A stretch of DNA of 63,014 bases, filler included, from Choristocarpus tenellus KU-1152 (taxonomy: Eukaryota > Protista > Phaeophyceae): the NCBI GenBank assembly GCA_964200185.2. It is 6 parts of 6 records of this genome, joined end to end, with 100 filler letters (N's around TTAATTAATTAA, not from the genome) between each part and the next. Parts side by side here need not be neighbours in the genome. Positions count along the whole stretch, not along the records: positions 57,387 to 63,014 come from CAXNAD020010198.1; 5 more parts are not named here. One strand, 5' to 3'. The notes beneath the pieces are model-generated. The model did not search any database. It was not told the origin of the DNA and worked only from the letters and a program-made list of their open reading frames with translations. Both the position numbers and the translations under genes were made by a program. Below are positions 57,390 to 63,014 of this stretch, piece after piece. The first letter of the stretch is position 1; each line of letters begins with the position of its first letter.

Positions 57390-57567
57390 GACCCAAAGTA
57401 TCTCGGGGAGGGGGGGATCTACACCAGTGTGTCCATTTGGACCAAAACCAGGAAAAGTGCACTTTCATTATCCATCCAACGTAAGGAACCAAATCACCCA
57501 ATTATCGAGACATGAAAAAAATGCCTCCAAATGGACAGCCGCCACCCCCTCCCAGATACTTTGAGCC
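57390..57567 (+). mobile_element. MITE family A, full copy
   Basis: Same TIRs; flanks nCAA/TCAA. Confidence 0.88.
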
Positions 57568-57621
57568 TCAATTTGTTCCGATTTTTTCGGGCATGCCCAT
57601 GGGTGAACAATAACGGGTAAA

Positions 57622-58600
57622 CTACTGTACTACAATCTGATCTAGAACACTGGGATGAAGAATAGGAAGATCTCGTTTGCATAGATCAATGAGTTGATCT
57701 TCAGCTATATACCTCCAAACGAAAGTTGTCTCGCAAACATGAGGCATCCGCGAATCTACGGTGTATGCTCGATAATGTATGACAAGCCGGTTGGCTGCAG
57801 CTTTCCACGATTCCTCTCTTTCGGTCATTAAAGAACTCATTGCGTTCTTTACGGCATTTTTCGACTGACTATAAGAAAGGGTGCATTCTCTCACCAGGGA
57901 CCCAAAGAATCTGGGGGGGGGAGGGGGTCTGCACCAGGGTGTCGATTTGGGTCATAACCAGGAAAGGTACAATTATATTATCCATCCGACGTATGCAACC
58001 AAATTGGCCCCAAATGGACAGCCGCCATCCCCTCCCAGATGCTTTGAGTCAGGATTCGAACCCACTCAGTCGCTGTCATGTCTTCCTGAGGAACTCGAAG
58101 GAGTTGTCCAGTGACGCTCGGGACTTCCACTGTAGATGAATCGCTTAGGAGATCGCTGTGGGTCCTAAGAGAGTCAGACAGCATTTGCTCAAGAAGCTCG
58201 ATGCGGAAAGGGGTAAGGGCATCACTACGTGGACGTGATGTATTACGATAGTGGACACAATCTTTGGGTAAGGCCCACAATCCTCCTTGAACCCTCCCTA
58301 AAGCCTTGGTAAGAGTGCCAGCGAAAAAAACGGGATTGTTTGACATGGTTGGGGCGGAGTTATCTGCAGGTACTCCAAGAAAGACGGGGCCGTTGGCAGG
58401 GTCCCCGAGTTTCTTGTGAATGTTTTTCATGGCTTTAACACAATCTTGATGATAACGCATGTCGAGGTTGCGAGAGGCTCTGTCTCGCTGCTGCCTATCG
58501 GATTGTCACTCATTCGACTCAGCTCATGTACGCAACTGATGAATTTCTCTTCGCAACTGTCCCTCAACCTCTCTGGACCGACGTACCGTACTCAGGCTAT
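57622..58600 (-). pseudogene. Decayed gag-like reading frame interrupted by a family-A MITE (57899-58050)
   Basis: Removing the MITE and one TSD copy joins ...TEWVRIL to VRECTLSY... in frame. In-frame TGA stops lie upstream. EREESWKAAANRL weakly resembles retrotransposon gag. Confidence 0.5.
57899..58050 (+). mobile_element. MITE family A, internally deleted copy
   Basis: GACCCAAAGAATCTGGG...CCCAGATGCTTTGAGTC; flanks AGG/AGG. Confidence 0.85.
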
Positions 58601-59832
58601 TCCTTCGAGATGGTCTGGGTGATTGCTAATATATTGTACTCCAACAACAATAGCTGGGCATGCAAGCAAGTGCCTCTACTGCACATGCTATTGGTTGATA
58701 AAATACAGGGGGGTACAAGTACTTCATTGCAGTCAACTTTGTATCATATGACGAAGCCTGTTGCCCAAGCATACTACTAGTATTCATATATACACAAGAA
58801 TAATAATGCTAACAAAGAACATCTCCCAGCAGTTTACACTCATCTCTCTAATCCTCACCCTTCAACCCTGCTCGTGATACTCAATCTAACCCACTACTGG
58901 AAGGTGCCGATTCAAAGGTACACCTTGAATGATACCTTGGAGGGAGTACGAGCTTAATCAAAGTTCCTCAAATGGAACCCAAAGGAGGGGTGAGGGGAAG
59001 GGGAGGGTGGAGCAAGCAATACTCGCGATATTCGCCTGCAACACTAATACTTACAGAATGTGGAATACAGCCACTCGATTTTGTGCATATTGTGCAAGAA
59101 GCACTGGAGAACTACGTAGACAACTGTCTTCTGGATTGGGTATTATGTCTCAATATTGTGGGGAAGACCGAAGGCTGTCAACCTGGGACGGGCAAATTGT
59201 TATCTGGGGTGATCCTCACTCACAACGTTATCACATGTGGAGTTAAGGGACGAAGTAGTTGTGCAATTAACCGTGGGAGTATTGCTATTTGATCAGTAGC
59301 AAAGACAAGGAGGCTTGGAGCCTCATACGATCTCCTTTGCTGAACAAGAAAAGATTGGGTGGATGAAACTAGAAGAGTGAACTTGTTTGTGGGGTGTCTT
59401 CTTATTGCTCATATTATTATTATTTTACCTTGTACGTAACTCAATAATTGTGTCAGAAAAGTTGAACTGCAATACCAATCTCCACATATAACTCAGAATA
59501 TCATATCTCATTAGTTACATCATATAAGACTCAATCAAAACAATGAGGTACACCTTAGTATTGTCCAATTTTGCACAGAAGTAAGGAAGAAAAAGCAGGA
59601 TCCTGACATCAAGAAAAATCCTGATGCACCCAAAAAAGTCGTTGAGTTCCGTACTTTCGAGCGTGGTGGAGAATCCCGACCCCAGGATGGAAGATCTATT
59701 ACAGGCAATGTTACAGTCTATTTGTCATTAGAGCAAGGAATACAATATACAAATATACAATAGTGGGACAGTTTTTATAATCATGATAGATTAATATATC
59801 CAATATTCCAACGTAGTTAATAGGTCATATGT

Positions 59833-59904
59833 GCGCGTATGGTGCAGTGGCAGCATACCTCATTTGGGTTGAGGTGGTCGAGGGTTCGAACCCCTCTACG
59901 CGCC
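59833..59904 (+). tRNA. tRNA-Pro(UGG)
   Basis: 72-nt cloverleaf: acceptor GCGCGTA/TACGCGC, D stem GTGC/GCAT, anticodon stem CCTCA/TGAGG with loop TT-TGG-GT, T arm GAGGG-TTCGAAC-CCCTC. T5 Pol III terminator at 59909-59913. Confidence 0.93.
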
Positions 59905-60669
59905 ATCATTTTTCTTCACCATTTCAAGTTTTGGCCACATCATCAAGAATTGATGTTGCAACTCCAACCATAAATGGGGGGATGCGCAAAGATGGACGAC
60001 TCAATGGTAAGTAAGGGCTGTTTTCTCTTCATTGATCTCTTGAGGGGGCTCTTTCGCCATCGTTATGGACAACTACCAAACAAGAAGAATGTGAAGGATT
60101 ACATCTGGACGAGGTCAGATTTTCTTTTGAAGGGAAATATTTATTTCAATGGTCCTGGTGTTAAACAAACACAATGGAGTGTGTACCTGCACCCTCCTGC
60201 CTATCGCTAAACTACAAGAAATGAGGAAAACCTAAATGGTGGCAACAGGAAGGTTTTATTGTTGCGACTGAGTACTGCATAAGATTTAAGGGAGAAGGCT
60301 GAGCGATGAGGGGTGGGATGCCTCAACCCAACACATAATATTAAGGAGGTGCTAAGAACAACCACGGTGCAGTGCAATAACTACAAAATTCGTTGCATAG
60401 TCAATGAGAAATAGTACAATTGTATGGCGCCTGACCAAGGGCCAATTCCATTTATGCTTGGGTTTCTCCTAGCCCCATGAGACAAAATTCCAGTCAATAC
60501 TCCCAACAGAAATATACTCTAATAATAACAACGAAGAAACAGGTTGTAATTATATGACATTAAAATTAAAATTTGCTCTGGGCTTCTTGTTCCAGGTGAA
60601 TATTATGTTGCTACTATGAATCTCAAACCATCATGGTCAAACTATAACGTTCAAGGATAACACCAATTA

Positions 60670-60930
60670 GAGCCAAAGTATCTTTTCGAGGGTAGAGCTG
60701 TGTCCATCTGGGGTCCAAAATCCAATGTTGCGATTTTGATGTAATTTTGGCTATGAAGTTTGGTAGGAAGTGTCAATATCCTTGTTCCGGACATACCTTT
60801 TCATACATGTACATTTTACCTACTCCGAAACATTTTGGAGTAGGAAAATGTCTTAAAAAGAGACCATGGGAAGCCAAGCCCGAAATGGACAAACAGGGGA
60901 AAACTCGTACCCTCTAAGATACTTTCACTC
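60670..60930 (+). mobile_element. MITE family B, full copy
   Basis: GAGCCAAAGTATCTT...TAAGATACTTTCACTC; perfect 4-bp TSD ATTA. Confidence 0.9.
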
Positions 60931-60986
60931 ATTAGTTACCAAGTTCGAATGTACAATCATACATCTGATGGACTAAAGCCAAAACC

Positions 60987-61460
60987 ATGATCATTGCAGT
61001 CAACACCCGCCCAGATTCAGCTCACAGCTTTGATAGAAGGCTTGGTGTTTGGCGTTTGTGTGCGCCAAAAACGGCAGACAGGACAAGCAAGAACCATAAA
61101 ATGGGGTGTGTGTATGAGCACGACCGTGCTTTAGACCACTTGTGTTACAGGAAGTGGTACACGGAGGAGTTACTGCCTACAATCAAGACCAAGATACCTT
61201 GGTTGCAGGGGAAGCATGTTGTCGTTCAGCAAGACAGTGCCACCCCCAACACGCGCAAGGACCACCCAGAAACCTTTTCAGGGACAGGAAAGACTGAAGC
61301 GTGGTCGATTAGGCTTGTGACGCAGCCATCTAACTCCCCCAACCTCAATATCATGGACCTGTGCTTCTTCAGGTCTTTATGAAATCCCGCGTGATGGGGG
61401 AGCGGTTTGGGTTCGTTGAGCAGATGGAGAAGGACAGTAAGAAATAGTATGAAGGGTATG
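60987..61460 (+). mobile_element. Second decayed Tc1/mariner transposase (DDxD catalytic half)
   Basis: FDRRLGVW, LLPTIKTKIPW, VVVQQDSATP, QPSNSPNLNIMDLCFFRSL; 40 residues between the last two Asp. Confidence 0.85.
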
Positions 61461-61869
61461 ATGAAACCACATCCTTTTTTTGGTGTACAATCAAGTACTT
61501 AGATACAAAGGAGGGTATCACTTCAGTGTGGAGCAAACAGGGATAAGGAAGAGGCAGTTGTCTGGTGAGCTGAAATCACGCCGAAGGTAGACATGGAGGA
61601 TTTATCTGTGTCCGATAAAATTGTGATGAATAGGGAGAAATGATAATAATAAGAGCTCACCCTAACCAGAAATTCGTCAAGGATTCCAAATCTTCTTTCA
61701 GAAATGAATTTCATAAAAACCTTCAAGAGTCATGGACGACGCAGTACAGACTTATGACACGGAGGTAGTACTATTCTAGAGTACATGAAAGTAGGCCAAA
61801 CAGAATCCCGCTCAAAGGCATAGATCCAAATGGACGTATCAGTGATACATGGAGAGATATGAATATCAA

Positions 61870-62330
61870 GGAATAGATTGTTTTGTCGTTGTGTGACACC
61901 ATGTTGGATACTGTCTGATAAGATTCAAAGTATTTTGTGAAGGGTGAGGGATAGAGTTTGTTCTCTGTTGTACTTTGTTTAAGGAGGGTAGGGGCAGTTC
62001 AATCCAGAGACTTGTGGACACACCTTCCACAAATGTCTGAAGTAGGGTTAGTCCGGTTGTCAAAGCTTGTGTATGGTCAATCCATGTTCGGACTATCCCC
62101 GAATTTTGCGTGAGTTCTCTACTGTGGTGTCGTCACTGACATAATGCATTCCACGGAAACGCCCATATTTTTCCTCACTGACAAGAGCTGGTGTGAGCTC
62201 ACAGCATCCTTCGAGAAGAAGTTCCCTCTCTTCTGTGGATTCAAGGAACTGCTCAAGCGGGGACTATCAGGCACCACCTCAATTTGCATAGAAACGCTTA
62301 TCTCCGCGAGGTTACTAGTGCTCTGCTCAT
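61870..62330 (-). mobile_element. Possible decayed Copia integrase fragment
   Basis: GVSVECIMSVTTPQ* resembles GIxxExxxxxTPQQNG. Heavily degraded. Confidence 0.35.
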
Positions 62331-63014
62331 GTTGAAGGTTCGAGGTACATAAACAATATGTGTATGGATGTAGGACAATTATTGGTTGTAATCTCTTCGC
62401 CAATACTAGATTGAACTATTTTGCCAGATAATAAGGTACATGTGAAGGTAAAAATATGTAAACTGGAGTCAAACAGAAAACGATTTAAGTGACATCATAG
62501 TAGCAGAAAAGCAGTTTCCTCCTTCCGTCCAGGGCTCCGTTACTCTATGGTTTCCGTCCAATACTCGCCCTTCAATGGCAAGCGCTGTTTCGGGGCTTAG
62601 CTCATCCGTATTGACTAAACTTTCTCGCTGGATGACAACACTTGGAGCAAACTGATTCAGCCACCCTTTGTCCTCTATAGACTTCCTCACGCGCTGAAGG
62701 CCACGCCCAAAATACACCACCAGAAATCCACACACGAACCTAACTCTGGGCAGGCACTCTGCGAAGAACACCTTTCCTAAGAAAATACTGATTTGTCTCC
62801 ACCTCACATAATAACAGCCGATCATCAAAATTTAGGATGGAGTTTTTTATTGAGGATCGAGCTTTTTATTGAGGATGGGCAAGACCCGGAATGGTGCATG
62901 GAAAGTGCATATATATTTTTGGTAAAAAATATTTCGGTGCTTGTGGAGGGCACCGCTACGATTTGGAAGCGACCTCGACCAAGCCAAAGGTACAAGGACA
63001 GACGGGCCCCCCGG

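Noticed and set aside
59974-60210. Weak piggyBac-like motif (DDSMVSKG)
   Set aside because: Too degraded to support without an HMM search.

Overview
Eukaryotic nuclear DNA from an intron-rich photosynthetic stramenopile, most likely a brown alga or a close relative. This is inferred from GT-AG introns, a bipartite signal plus 'AEC|F' plastid-targeting presequence, and interstitial CCCTAA repeats. The window is six separate contigs joined by five artificial 100-bp spacers (N44-TTAATTAATTAA-N44), so adjacency across spacers means nothing. Spliced genes reconstructed by hand: CNX2/MOCS1A (9 exons), NKAP-like (5 exons), plastid SBPase (7 exons), a signal-peptide-bearing 2OG-Fe(II) dioxygenase (9 exons), a 3'-truncated RNI-like LRR gene, the last exon of a cullin-4, and a 3'-truncated FEA1-like secreted protein. 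There is also one tRNA-Pro(UGG). Intergenic DNA is full of decayed transposons (Tc1/mariner x2, hAT, chromodomain Gypsy, gag-like, possible Copia) and several MITE families. I found no CRISPR array, operon-like cluster or clearly new multi-gene system. The best leads are: two MITE families that share an AAAGTATCT terminal core and show both 3-bp and 4-bp target-site duplications; a lipoyl-synthase-like N-terminal motif on CNX2; a ParB-like DGNHR reading frame; the retained redox Cys pair in SBPase; and two very compact head-to-head gene pairs.
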